From Catajapyx aquilonaris (lineage: Eukaryota), in NCBI GenBank assembly GCA_000934665.2, contig KZ538176.1, positions 124,001-188,000 on the forward strand: DNA of 64,000 nucleotides, given 5' to 3'. Shown piece by piece: positions 50,103 to 64,000 of this stretch (positions within the stretch are counted from its first letter, which is position 1; each line of letters starts with the position of its first letter). The notes under the pieces were generated by a model. It saw only the letters and a program-made list of their open reading frames with translations. It was not told the DNA's origin and made no database searches. The position numbers and the translations under genes are program-made.

Positions 50103-52223
50103 ACTTACTCTTCCCCATCTTCTAAGTGGAAGAAAAGTCTCAATTTCTTTCCACTGCCAGTGACAGCATGATGATTCTAATGACTGTATCATGAAGCCAG
50201 AGGTCAGTGACGGATGCAGCTGTCATTGATTGGAGACAAACGTGCAAATTCGTCCTTGCAGGGGGGCGGAGATTGACATGTGTAGGTGAGAAGACATATC
50301 TAATGTCAGTTTTGCAGTGGTTGATGGGGAGAGTGACTGGTAAGGATGGGTCGAGGGTCACCCAATGGCGTCACCCTCGTTTTGTCTCGCTTCTTCTCCC
50401 TTGGCACGATTGAAGCTTTTGCGGCCTTGCTTGGGAATCGTGGATGCTACTTTTTATGAGTCTTTTTGACCAGTAATTGCCCGGGTAATTAGTCCGCAAA
50501 AACCCGGTAGTTGACGTTTTTAAGCCAACCAGTTTGAATACCTTAAGGGGCTGTGGGGGTCTTCCATTGGCAGTGATTAAAAGCATAATGGTCTTGTGAA
50601 AAAAAAGTTTGGAGGGTCAGGTGTGGCCCCGGACTTTTGGGATGCCATAAACATAATAACGGGTTATGATACGGGGGGGGGGGGGGNGTTCCTGCTGCAC
50701 TTACCGGGTCAAAAAATCAAAAATGACTTCCTGAAGAGGCTTTGGTCTGTGAAATGGCCAAATGGGCAAGTAAATGCCCAATCCTCAACTCTCCTCACGC
50801 ATTTCCTGGTGCTTCCAGCGGGACACAACCCCACCCCCCATCTTCAAATGGTATGCATTTACGACCTTTATTTATTACACTTTATCCAAAAAATGGGGGA
50901 AAAAACAGCCGCTTATTTTATTAGCTATATACGGTATATTGACAGTTTAAAACAAAATTGTGTTGATATATTGCCCGACTGTTGTGACTTCCTATATGCT
51001 AGGTGTCGTATGTGATAGATGAACCTCGAAAAGACAGATAACCTCTAAACCTTTGGTTTGACGGGCGACGCACAATGGCACTCGTCTTGAGATGATGCCA
51101 CCCACTAAAGGGCATTTAAAAGGGGGAAACCCGAAACAATAGTCGGCATTGGCCCTTCCGTCCACTCAGGTTTCAACTTATCGCCTTTTGGGGACAGGGA
51201 CGTCACGACAACGTCACTCTTGGTGACAAATGGCTCCAGATGCTACCAGGTCCCTACTGCTTGTCGACAAAGCATAATGCGGATGTACATATGGCCAGTT
51301 GAGTACCCCGCAAATCAATGAAAAACGATGAAACGTTGTGTCGTCACTTCGGTCATAAAGTATAGGTGTCGTATGAATTTTTTTTGTCCACTATAAACAT
51401 GGGAGAAAGGAATTCTAATGGCCGTATCCGTGCTTACCTCAACTTCGCAGATATGCCATTGTCATTGATATGATAAAAATAATTGTAAGGTTAAAGTCTG
51501 TAAAATTTCTTGAGATGCTTCTCTGTAAACTGGTTTTGGAGTACTGCATTGCTTACTATTCGATATTTCAGTCTGATTACCACGCAAGTTGAGACATTTA
51601 CCCCACTAAATATGTAAAGCGCATGTCCATAACCCTTGTAAATCCTTATCATCAACCATGAAATACGCACCTATCTTTTTTTATATACCCCCACCTTAAT
51701 TGAGCTACAAAGATGCATATCTGCACATGCGAGCACATGCGAAATTTCCAAAAAAATGCACATATTAAAAAGCATGCAATCGACCCAGCCAGACTATGTG
51801 GTCGTAACTTAAAGGGGACCAGCAATTAACACGCGACTTGAAGCATTACCTGGAAGATGTCGAGGAGACTTTCCAGGTACAACGATGGATGACGACAGCC
51901 CCTTGTACATATATCAAGAGGCGATGATGCGATCGAAATCTCCGATGAGTGTATGTCCACGTATTGGAAAGTGGTGGCACGGCTTGGAATGAATCCTATC
52001 AGCAACCGCCACGCCCATCTTGACCTATCGTAATAAATAACTCTATCTGCCCAATGCCTCTCCGGTTTTGCACGCGAAGTAAGGACCGGTACGGTATCAC
52101 CTTCGGCATGGAACGCCTTCTAATTATGCTAATTGCTTGAATCTGAAAGGAGACTTCTGAGTCGGATGCGGATGACCATGACCGCCAACGATACGTGCAA
52201 ATAGACTCCAATAAACTAGTAAA

Positions 52224-52275
52224 TACACTCTTAACCATTTACCTTCTCTAGAGAGGGTAAATGGTTAAGAGTGTA
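52224..52275. repeat. 52-nt near-perfect palindrome adjacent to a DRE motif
   Basis: tacactcttaaccatttacc-ttctct|agagag-ggtaaatggttaagagtgta; TATCGATA at 52281-52288. Confidence 0.8.
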
Positions 52276-55200
52276 GCATATATCGATAGTCGCGAATTTC
52301 AATCACGTTTTGTCCATCCGGTCTATAAAAACCAGATTTGATAGCCCCTAATTGACGCATCCAATTAGCATGGCACACGTGACGACAATTCGCAATCATA
52401 GCCGCACCTACCGTCTATACAATGAAGAGGATAACACCTATAAAGGAGGCTATAAATAACAGGCTTTTGGTTGCAGGTAGCCTTATCGGGATGAGATTAT
52501 TCGCCATTGTTTAAGCCTCTGTTACAATAGAGAAAATGGATGAGCTGTCAAGTGAGACGCCTTAGGTTTACAATAATGGCTCGATAGCGACCAAAAAATT
52601 TTGAGGACCATATCCTGTCTCCTTGGACCATTCCCACGAGCTGTCCATCTTCTGGGGAGGACCTACTTTGCACCCTAATTAGGCCAGGACTTCTTGCAAC
52701 AAACAACCACCCTATGCTAGTCACGTTTCATTGTAGGCAGTTTGGCCCGTTTTTTAGCCGTTATTTTTTTAGTGTCCAAAAAAAAAGCAGTAAGACGTTC
52801 TCAAAAAACGTCTTAATCTGACCACAGGGTCCTCAGGTTTCGAGGATATTAATCAGACACGTGTGCTTCTTGTAGGCTCCTGGAATTAATGTTAGCAGGA
52901 TGCTTAACAAAAAGGGATTTGATTTGTGAGTAGGGATGCTGAGATGATCAAAAAAGATAGATTTGTTACTTCAAAAGCTCCTCCTGCGACACGACATGGT
53001 TTTTAGACATGACCCTTAAATCAGTCAGAGAAAGTTGGCCCCTTACGTCAGGTGTCAGGCAGATCGGTTTCAGAAAACACGGCGACCTTCCTCAGTTCTC
53101 AGCAGGGAGACCTGGCTTACCTAACTACTGTTTCAAAATGTGGATGCTGCTTATGTGATGTCATTCCATCGATGTGGGTGCCCCTAAAAGGACGATGGAA
53201 GTGATAGGGGGGGGGGGCTTTAATGGAGGTAACATTCCGTCATCTGATTGTTCATCTTGTCTTCGCCCCCATTCAATACTGTATTTTAGAAAGTACTTGT
53301 CACTCTCAAAAATTGGTGACATATGCACTCGACTGCAAAAATCATGGCCATGTTTGTTCTATTACAGGCTATTGCTTGAGAATCATTGCATGTCATCACG
53401 TAGGCCATTGCACGAAGCAATGATACACAAACTTACACTCTTGGTGGCCAATTCGGGCATTGAAGTCACCTGAAAGGTAAGTAACACTACTACCATTTTT
53501 TTACTGGAAGTTCAAATCAAAGACGTCAGATACTAAAAATAATACGGGCACCAGGATGAGTGTCAGAGGGCCAAGGATTTCGTAATGCGTAGGGGGGCGT
53601 GTGTGTAGGGTATGAGGAAGGAGGTATGGGGTATGGGGTGCCTATAATGTTCACGGGAGATAGACCTGCCCTCCAGCATTCATGACGGAGGCCTTTAGAA
53701 GGACGCTATGACTGACTCCACACAAAAACGACATTAATCACCAGGCAATTACTATCCCCTTAATTGATGAATTCTTTTATAACCGCAATTAATCCCCAGA
53801 CATCGTACATAATTCTATGAGTCTGCGAATGTGATTCTACAAGTAGCAATTAATGTGTTTGTAGAAAGGTTTAGTTGAATGAGGGCATTAGTCATTACGT
53901 CGACTGACGATGGTGGTCAACAGCTAAATTTAAATTAATTGCAATGAAGTGCATTTAAAAAATTTTCCCACACTCTTGAACAACATGACTTACTCACTAT
54001 TCGATATGACCCCTCTGTCTCTTATACACCTGATGCACACACGAGACAAACCTCTTCATCAGTATTCAGACGGTGACCCCTAAAATTATCCAATCACCAT
54101 TTTCATAAAATGACTTCATGTTTGGCGTATGGGCGTGCACAGTTTGCAAAATAGGATTTTTTCTCACGTGACCCCATAATTGGGTTTGGTAAATTGGCGG
54201 AAAATTGGCTAAAGTCGGGTATGTAGCCATTATGCAAGTGACTTGTCTTCTCTGCTGGGGAGGGGTATCATGTCCTGGCCCTTTGCCACCAGACAGTCTG
54301 TGCCCTACGGGGGGGTGGCTGAGGTCACAGTCTCCGTCTAGCTCCGACGACATGCGGGTCACTTACACTCCCACCTACACCCCTGCGATATATGCGACAC
54401 CTCCTCTTCTTTACTGCCGTCTGTGCAGCGACCCAGGAAGAAACCTCGAGACAATGTTGGTACAAGTTTGCCCCCCCNAGTTTGAAAAGAAGTTGGGTCA
54501 CTTACTATAGATATAATTGAAAAATTGGGCCCCACAAAAAACGGACATTTTAAATTATTTTTTTTTGGAGTGTCACCATTGTTGGAAATGGGCTCAATTA
54601 GCTGTGGGTGGCTGTGGAGCCTTCGGGGGACAACCAAGTGGCTGCTCTTTTCCCGCCACCTAAGAAAGCGGACCACGCCCTCTGCCAGAAAGGAAGGTCA
54701 GAAGGTCAACTCCTACAGGAGGGAATAAAAACAAGCTCGAATTACCTTGCTTTCCCAGTCCTCTTTTTTTTCTCTCCTCCGGGTGGTCCTCATGCTTTTT
54801 GGATTTGGACTAATCCTCTGGGTACATACTGTGACCTCGACGTTGTTCCCTGCATGGGTGCGGTTTGTCCGGCTTATGCAACGAAAAATTAGATGGATTT
54901 GGCCACCGCCTTTTTCTAAAAAAAATTTCAGCGCCTCCGGACATTATTATCAAAATATTTGCAGTGTTGGTCCAAAGGCTGGGCATTGTTGGCCCCTGGG
55001 CAACGAGACATCCCGACTGCTCCTGAAACCAAAAAAAAGGGGCGCAGTCAGATCCGGCTTGGCCCTGGCTGACCCTTGTAATATCCTGAGGCTATATACA
55101 TACACTTGTGGACTTATGTTCCGGAAGGAAAAAATCATGATGCGTGGTTACTCATCCGAGATATAACACCGAAGATCCAGTTTGCCTTGAGCAAACTGTT

Positions 55201-57279
55201 TCCTTCCGCGAAGCTTCTACGCAGTTGCTGTTTTCGCAGCTTTTTCTCAACTGATAATAGCTGACATTATATGATATGCGATGTTTTGGTGAGAGATGTG
55301 AGCTATGTAAGGAATGCCGTAAAAAGCGTCTGCCAATTATACGTGTGAGTAGGTACGTCCTTGTGTATTGTCGGACAATAATTTACACGTCGGCCCCTAC
55401 GGGTGGACAGAAATGAACGTGGTACAGGTATGGGTTCTATGCCCGAAGAATGTTTGTAGTTCCCCTTCCGCATTAATCACTGCTCGGGTGAGTTAATATT
55501 GTTGTCTGTAATTAGTCATTAACTTGGGGTCTCTAACAATGCTGTCCCTACAATTGAATGGAGATAAAATTAAAAAATATATTTCTCATATTTTAGCTCA
55601 CCTGCATGGCCTGCAGTCAGACGTGCGGACAATGGATACAGGTGGAGTACACCTCTTGTAATTCAGTGTGCTACTATAGGCAGTTCATATATCCTCATCA
55701 AGGACTTGATTATGACCTTTCATGGGTCAGCATAGATCACCGAGGGTATACCAAATGTTTCCACCTTCTCCATGTCTTTATTTTATAGTTCTTATACACT
55801 TGGTGTATACTCCCACATATTGAACATCGAAGGTCAGCAAAGTGAGAGGATGTGCCGGATCCACCCCCCATAACTGGCAAACTGCAATAATAGCAATTAT
55901 TCAAATATGCAATGAAAACACTTGCGATTGGCAATAACTTCAGATGTATGATCTAAGCATATGAGGCGTTGAAATAATTTATATGGTGCCCCCCTCTGTG
56001 GCATTGTAACAGGAAAACGTGAAATATTCTTTAGATGCGATTATTTCCCTTAGTCGTGACTTGTTGCGTGAACCTTGGAGTCATGACGCAATCATAAAAC
56101 GGTGACGTCTTCTCTTTCCAACCAATAAGCAGCTTGAGACTTCTCATGATGTCATGAAACTATGGCTGTTAACCCATTCGTTATGCAAGGTTTTTTGTGT
56201 GAATCCTCCCACCTACATCTCGATTCTTGGCAATCGGAACGTCATTTCCGAAGCGTGTTCCGGATCTTGAAACTATTTCATGCCTTTCTTTAGAGGAGGA
56301 TCATGCCTAAACCTTTTCTTTTTTTTTTGTGTGTACAGTGTGTATGTATTACAGCCTCGCAAAAATTTCTTGTGTAATGAGTCACACGCGGATCTTCTGC
56401 CGCTGTTTTTGTAGGACAAGAAAATATTTTTCATGCTCACACCTCGCGATCTTCCGACTGACCCCAAGGCTTCTTCATACTCGCGTGATGTCCTGAGTCA
56501 CTATAATGGCGTACCATTAACAAAATTTTGGCAAAAAAAATCGCTAATTGTTAAAAAATTTCGACTTATTAAGCATGCTCCATGATTACGTGTATTTGTC
56601 TTATCTCATATCCATTACTCAATACTTACCTACCCGGAATTTTATTTTGGATCCGAGCCGCAATGAATATTCCTATTAGCGATATTTATATTCCTATCAT
56701 GCTCCTTCACGTGCAAATATTTGCACGAATTTTACTAATGAAGAGTAATGGCTTAACCACCCCCCAAAAAACTGCAGATTAAATCGACACTGATGCACCT
56801 GTTTACTTATTGCCCCCCATATATGCATGTAGTATAAATTGTAAATTATTCCATTGCAAGGGTGGGCGGAATTATTTGGCGAATTACCCCTAGTCGACGC
56901 GGTTTTCCCACGTAACAAATGGTCCCCTCCACCGCTAATGAACAACAAAGTATCCAAACTCAATTGTTCGTGCGCAATTTTTTATTGTCTTTTCCAATTA
57001 ACACTCGGCGGGGCGCATCCAATTATCATCGGGGGCAAGCCAAGGAGCTCCACGCGAAGAGAATGTCCCCGCAGTAAATCCGAAGAGATGTCAACGCTCG
57101 AGTGGGTGAGTAACCTCGTGAGAAAACACACACACTCTTCAGGCAGCTTTTTCTGGGCCGTTTCTTGACATAATAGTTTCTGCGATGCACATGGTCAAAT
57201 TTGAAATACATAATGTGAGATCTGCAGGTCATCACCTGACCTGGTAGGCTCTACCCAGGCTCTTTCACAACTGATCAGC

Positions 57280-57381
57280 ATCCACGCCATCTTCTGGCAA
57301 AACTGACAACTCGTAGGACGTTTTGATGATCCACGCCATCTTCTGGCAAAACTGACAACTCGCATGACGTTTTGATGATCC
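57280..57381. repeat. 49-bp direct tandem duplication
   Basis: atccacgccatcttctggcaaaactgacaactcg(tag/cat)gacgttttgatg occurs twice. Confidence 0.8.
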
Positions 57382-60300
57382 TTCCGATTCGAATTGAAAA
57401 ATGTACTTGTGGAAGGTAAAGAGTCACAATGACTGTGCGACAAGGTGTCATTGTTGTTGCTGATGTCACTGTTGCTTCAAAAAACTTTCAAGGGTACTTC
57501 CATGTGGTGCACCCGAGGGGACAGATCGTCGCATTTTTGTGGGACCCCAAACTTACCAATCACAGGATGATGCGGAAGTGGTTCACCAATCAAAACGGGA
57601 AGTACAGTCCACTCTATACAACAATATAGATATATGTGAGTCAACAGCCGAATCCCGTTGGGACCGGTGACGCAATTCCGGTGTGTCCCTCGAGGGGATT
57701 TCGGATGCAACTTTCCATCATGTCAAGGTCTCCTCTCAGCAGACACTACCCATGTGATAGAGGGGGAGGGCTTTCCAGAGAGTGAATCAGCATCCCAATC
57801 AGATTATCGATTCGAAGCTCATCCTCTCCTGGGTTCTGTCATCTGTGTCCTTCCCCTTCAATAGCGACAACATCTGGACCGATGGACAAACTGGTCAAGT
57901 GAATTGATTGGATATGCAATCAGGGGACTATACAATCGGAATTCTCCTGAATAACAAAATTTGGGGGGGGGGGGGGGGAAATCATCTAAGCAGCATTTCG
58001 TCATTTCCTGAATATTACATAAGGCTCCTACTTTAGGGTCTATTACACTGTAAAGTACAGTAACCTAGGGTTACACACAGTCGTGAAGCATGGTGGCAGT
58101 TTTACAAATGGCATCATTTTTTTTGCCAAGCAATCCACTTGCTACACGGAATGAAGCACGATCTTATGTAAAAAAAATATTTAATGCGGATATGATTTAA
58201 AATTATTTCCATATCCGACATATGCTCACACAATGGAGTTACACACGAGTTAATTTTATTGTTTTATACACACATCAGGGGCGTTATCTTCGGACGCCAT
58301 AAATTATTTCCACACTGACACATTCGTTAATACACACCATGCGCCTAAGTAACATAAGGGCCTGAGGGGATCATCCAAGTGTTCCTCCTGGTCACGGAGT
58401 TGACCGCGTCCTTCCCCCGAGCTGCTCCTGAGAAGGTCACCACGAGTCTAATTCTGTGTGTGGCGACACCTCCTGGCACACGCGTCATAATTCACTCACT
58501 GGTGCCGAGTGAGTACGTAATACATCCCACGTATTGTGTTTGTTGATCTGAGGAAGGCCACCGCCTTTTCACCCCTGTCGCGACTTCTCGAGGGATGATG
58601 AGGAGTAGTCACGAATTTTCAAAGTGTCCCAAAAGAGGACCACCCTTCGTGATTCTTGATCCCGTTTGCTTTTCTTTTCCAAATGCACGTAACTGTATGG
58701 ACCGTTATGTCACTTTCAAAATGACCTCCTGATGCATCGCTGTACCACCCTGTACCGGCCAAATTTATTTTGACGGTCAGAATATAGGCATAAAATTGCA
58801 ATGCACAAAAGGTGCTTGGGTACGTGACCCAAAGTTGAAGGCCTGTAAAATATGTTTTTTTTTTTCATATTGTAAGTTTCTGATTTTTCACGCCAGTTGA
58901 GTTTCTCCCTGACAAGTTGACAGTGTGTGTTCCTCGACGCACGAGATTGCCCAAGAAGTTTTGCTAACGGGACAAAAGGGTCAGGAAGACGCCTTCCTCG
59001 AAAGCAAGTCTCAATATCCCCCAAGGGGGACTCAACTTTTTTGAGGAGCGTGGCCAAAGTGATCCCAAGGCATTATTATTTGTATGGGAAGAAAAAAAAA
59101 AAACGAACTGGCTCTTGACCGGATGAATTTTTGCTCCATGAATTGATAGTAAAAAAGTGGTCAAAAAGTGTGCAGAAAAATCTCAACAGGTACGACGACC
59201 TTGATGGGGGGTTTTTTATATATAAATTCCATCATGGACGTATGTGTGTGCTATTTCTGGAAACTCCTGTCTAACTAGTTGCATAACATATGGATGCAAA
59301 AATTTTCTGGATCACCCGGTACATGTTAACACAATACAAACCGTTACAAAATAACGCCGATGCATTTTTGCGCTTTTCCAATGAAGACATTCCGAAACTG
59401 GTTGCGATTTGGATGGTACTCGCAAAAATTACATTAATTACTAAATTACACCGCTAGCTTATCCGCAACAATCAAGAATGGAACGTGTTGAGTTCCCCCA
59501 TGTGAGTAATTTGATCGGAACAAAAGCCTCCCCCCATTTGTTACGGGCCGTAAATTTTTGCATAGCTGCAAAACTCGAATTTGCAGGATTCCAAACCCTA
59601 ATTTGATGAATAGGGTGCCTGGCTAAATGGCTTCAGGAGTTTAAAACCGGTCGTAAAACCCCCACATTTTTTTTATTATATTATTCCCAGTATTTTTAGA
59701 GCACCTTAATATATATTTTTTTCCAACTAATTTTCTACTGGCTAAGAAAATGCAACTTTCCCATAATAACCTTGGTGCATCCCAAGTTTTATTTCTTTGG
59801 CCGGATGTAGCTGTCGTCTGCTTTCACGCATGCCTTGCACTAAACCAATGTGCAGATAAGCAAGGTATACATAGGGTCGTAACATAAAAATCTGCATGCA
59901 CAGGCTATAAACCCCCCCTTGTATACATAATGAAAATTATTAATATTTTGTTTTTTTGTCAAATTGAAGAAATCTGGCATATGAGCAAATTGCTGTGTTA
60001 TAGTCGCATCTATTGCCATGATTATTACAATTTGTGGCAATTACATTTATTATGACTGGTGTTTTGGAATGTCGCTAAACTTCTGAAAAGTGAGAATTGG
60101 AGTCACTTGTTCGCTTTTAATGGCCTCGACTGAGGAGGAAAGTGGAATGCGGCCAAGTGCGAGGCAGCGAGAAAAGTAAGTCAAAGTCAAGTGCAGCGCA
60201 GTGAAAGTGAAAGCAACATCAGGGGGGAGTTTCTATAGGAAAAACTCATAAACCTCTCGAGGCGCAATGTATTACGTCATAATAATCACGAAGAGAGAGA

Positions 60301-63300
60301 GAAAAAAAAATAGGACGCTCAAAAATTAGCAAAATTATGTCTAGGTCAAATACCTATCAACACTTATTTTGATACTTTGAAAATTGACACTTTGACACAG
60401 GTGTTTAGACTTCTGATTGGCTAGCCGTATATTGTTTGCGCCCGCGCATGCGCAATGAGGGAAGGCAGCGCCTCTGGTGGCTGAGCATCGTTAAGCATTA
60501 AAATTTAAACATAAAAATGTCAAAATGGTAACTGTTCGAATTTTTTTATATTATATATATATATATTTTTTAATTGTACCCCGTGATGACCCTTACGGGT
60601 TCTATTGGGGGGTGCTGGTACACCACCATTTTTTCCCCTAATTTTCTAATTAACTTCCAGTGCAGGGCGTATAGATTGGGTAAGGGTAGGGATTTTCGGG
60701 GAGAATTTTTGATATTAAATTAATATTGTTAATTTGTGGTACCTGACACTAGTGTGATTAAGAGCATTGTATTTGATTCAGGTGATGATAGTCGTTTATG
60801 TCTGGTATAGCCTGCAATTAATTTCCATCACGATAGGCGGACGTGCAGTACATACCTTGATTTCTCACCTGTAAGGTGAGACTGTGGGTTATAAATCATT
60901 AAGGGTGCATAAATTTAACGCCTTTTTTTTGTGCGTGCGGGTGCGTTCACTTTTAACTTGGGGTAGGCAAACTGATGTGTACAACCCTCCAGGAATAATT
61001 AAACAGATGGTGCATTTTTAATTTTATTAATTGCTCCAGGCAAGTCGACATACCCGCGTGGTATTCAATCCCCAAAATTATTTTTCAGGGATGGAAATTT
61101 TTTCGAGTTACCAAATTTTTTGGGGGGAAATGTGGGATGGTTTTGGAAATTGTTCAGCGCAGGTGTCCAACCCCCGAGCATGGGAAGGGAGGAACCAGCC
61201 TTTCAGGTACATTTGGATTCGAGCATGTCTGACAGGACTTTGCAACTGATGAGGAATTTTCTTCTTCTTCTTTTTTGGAAAAGGTCATGGTTGAAAGACT
61301 TCAAGGTCATCTCGAGGCAACGTTCAAAAATAATGAAATAGCTCCAATTTTTTTTTGTATAGTTTGGCGGTAGCTGAACAAACGTCACATCACAAACATG
61401 TGATAGACAAATTGACGTATGTGGACTGGTCTTCAACCAACATCCAGGGGTGAGAAGGAGATTAATTAGCTTTTAATGAGGACGCGGAGGAAGGATAAAC
61501 CAGCAGAACTAATGGGTCGGATTACCGCTGAAAGGTTTCTGGTTTTGCACTTGCCCCACGGGAACAAGGGGGGAAAGAAACGGACTGAAATAACAAAATA
61601 TTTTTAAAATACAACAACTTTTTTTTGTACAAAACAAAATAAAATCTGAGTAACATAATTTTTTTAAATAAATATATAATATAAAATTTTGGGTGTCATG
61701 ACCTAACACACGAAACCCATGGCGGATGATATTTACAGCCTGGTCTTTCTGACCCCAACAAGCAAAGAGTATTTATATGTTAGCAACATATCAGCTTGCT
61801 TTACAAAGCATGACTTTTACGGCACTATTGCCTGTGTGCACCGATAGCCATTACAGATTACAGGTTTTGCGGAGGCTTTTGTACTGTTCATCTTAGGTTT
61901 TGTATGGCCATATTTCATTTTCGGGTTATTTATTTTTAGACGGATGCACTTGCTGCAGGAAGCAGTTGCGCCTCGATGAACTTAGATAAGATAGTTTATA
62001 TGTACTGATTGTGGCTGTCAGTATGGTTGTATTTATCGACTTGCGTACATTGTACGCATCTAATGTTTCATTTTCCAATATTGGCAAACACCACACGATC
62101 CATCTGCCAATATTGGCGAATATGTGCATATATGTGAATGCAACATTTTTAATACCGATTTTTGCATATTTGTTCACATTGTTGCCCATTGCCCATGTAG
62201 TTCCAGGAATATCACCAACTGACGACATCTGATTGGAACGCTGACCATCGATGACCAAGTTGCCCCTAGCTTCTCCAGTATGCGAATAACTTGATCCTCC
62301 AGAATCATCACCCACCCACCCACCTATCCCTAAAAGCCAATGGTGCTGGTTCTGCTGGCCACGCCATACAACGGCGACCGTGGAAATTCCCATCCAACTT
62401 CTTAGGCCGTTGTTGGGAACTGGAGGTTGGTTGGTTGGTTGGATGGGGGAGGAAGAAGAAACGTAGGGGGGGTAGATGGGAAGANGGGATTTCTGGGCGC
62501 TGAGTGCAGTAGCCAGAAACCGAGGGGTCCTCTGCCAGCTCCCTCTCCGTACATTCAGAACACTACCAACATTCTTCTCTGCCCCCAGGCTGGTTCTTGT
62601 GGGCCAATCAGAATCCTCGGCAGAGTGCAATCGCTCAAGGCATCCGTCCCCTAGTATTTAAACTAGATGCTGGTAAACGCGCACGAGTTTACGCTATTAT
62701 CCTGTGGAGACAAGCATGGTGGGAGCACCGGCTCTCTAGATAGGCTGAGGGACTCTTCAGGTCTTTGGTAGTACCCCAGTCGACAACCAGTGACTCACAC
62801 ACAACTACAGGGTGCTACGGGGGAGGTTCGCGTCCGGGGTGTGAGGCAATATAGCTGCACTTGAGGTAAGTCACAATTTGTTTCAATATTAGGAGACTTC
62901 AATGCGCGATATTTTTGTTGAAAATTGGCTACCTTGAGTTCTTTTGATGTCTTTTTCCGTCATTGTGAATCTTTACGGTTTGAGAATGGAAGGAAGGTCG
63001 CTTAAGCCGCAGTGTATACAAGAGTAGTTTCGGGGCAAGGAGGAGGTCGAGTAATCAGAGGACATCTACAGAGATGCACTGCTTCACGTATGCTGGGCTG
63101 GACCTCCCCTACTTTTTTGTGTGTGTGTGTGTGTCTGGCCTTTTCCAGATATTTCAGGAAGATGAAGATTAACGAGAAAAACTTTGTACCGTTAATTCCC
63201 GTTTTTTTTTATTATTTCGCGTACCACCCGGTGTAACGTGGCAGCTCTTCCAGAAAAACGGGTCGTTTTTCTACAATTTTTTTACACTTTCGGTTTCAAT

Positions 63301-64000
63301 TGCGTAAGGTCGGTAGTTAGTACAAGGCAACTGCTGATCAGGATCTACCACTTTTTTATATTCGAATCCGTGTTTTTCAAATATAAATTATACGTGTGTG
63401 CACCTTCAGGATAAGGAATCCGCACATTAAAAATTGCCATTTTCGCAATAAACACCCCCCCCCCNNNNNNNNNNNATTCTCGTTCAACCTTGCTAGGGTA
63501 AAATCCCGTTGCAATGTCGTCTGTACAGGACTCGCTTGTAATAATAGCCCGGTTGTGGTCTGTGCGCACCTTATACAGAACTGGCTGAACTGGTGGGTGG
63601 ACCAGTAGACCAGTTTCCCCTAGGAAGATGGATGTTCGCGGGATTCAAAATAGGCAGACGGGTGTATAAGTGTGGCATTAGAATTAGGTAAGTGTTGGCT
63701 AACTTATACCCTACTAACCACTCCTAAAAAATACGTTTCCAGAATTTTATAGGTGGGGCTCAATTTTTTTGTGGTGCGTCTTCATTCCTGGCGCGCTTTT
63801 GGTATGTTCAGGATTTATGATGATTTGGGGAAGGACCTGGGAATAGCATTAAGCCATTAGCATGAAAATAAAGTAATCCGGGTTGTATGGCGAGCCTTGC
63901 CTGTAGAAGGGGACAGTCATAATAATTATTGATGAGCTGTGACAAAGGGCGGGTGGGCTTCCCCCAGGGGCACAAGTGTCTGCGACACCCCCAGTCATGG

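Noticed and set aside
53000..64000. Scattered 60-234-aa ORFs
   Set aside because: No recognisable domains or consistent exon chain; likely intergenic or decayed repeats.

Overview
Eukaryotic (arthropod-like) genomic DNA with GT-AG introns; most ORFs in the six-frame track are spurious or single exons. Bases 1-2506 hold two tandem minus-strand AA15-type lytic polysaccharide monooxygenase (LPMO) genes: one complete (7 exons, ~331 aa, two C-terminal 6-Cys repeats) and one running off the left edge. Divergent from them is a complete plus-strand SMG6/EST1A gene (NMD endonuclease), which I assembled by hand into 21 phase-consistent coding exons (5534-45653, ~1726 aa). It has EJC-binding motifs, an EST1/14-3-3-like domain and an intact PIN triad. 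Introns and flanks contain MITEs, a tRNA-derived SINE, decayed LINE/Penelope remnants, several near-perfect hairpins, a minisatellite and a probably artefactual 565-nt poly(A). The most interesting signals are in SMG6: a candidate 3'UTR intron 258 nt after the stop (possible NMD autoregulation), a SLIP1/CTIF-binding-like motif, and a tandem array of SUMO-consensus/Trp repeats. I could not assign a gene after ~47 kb. All calls are by eye; no searches were run.
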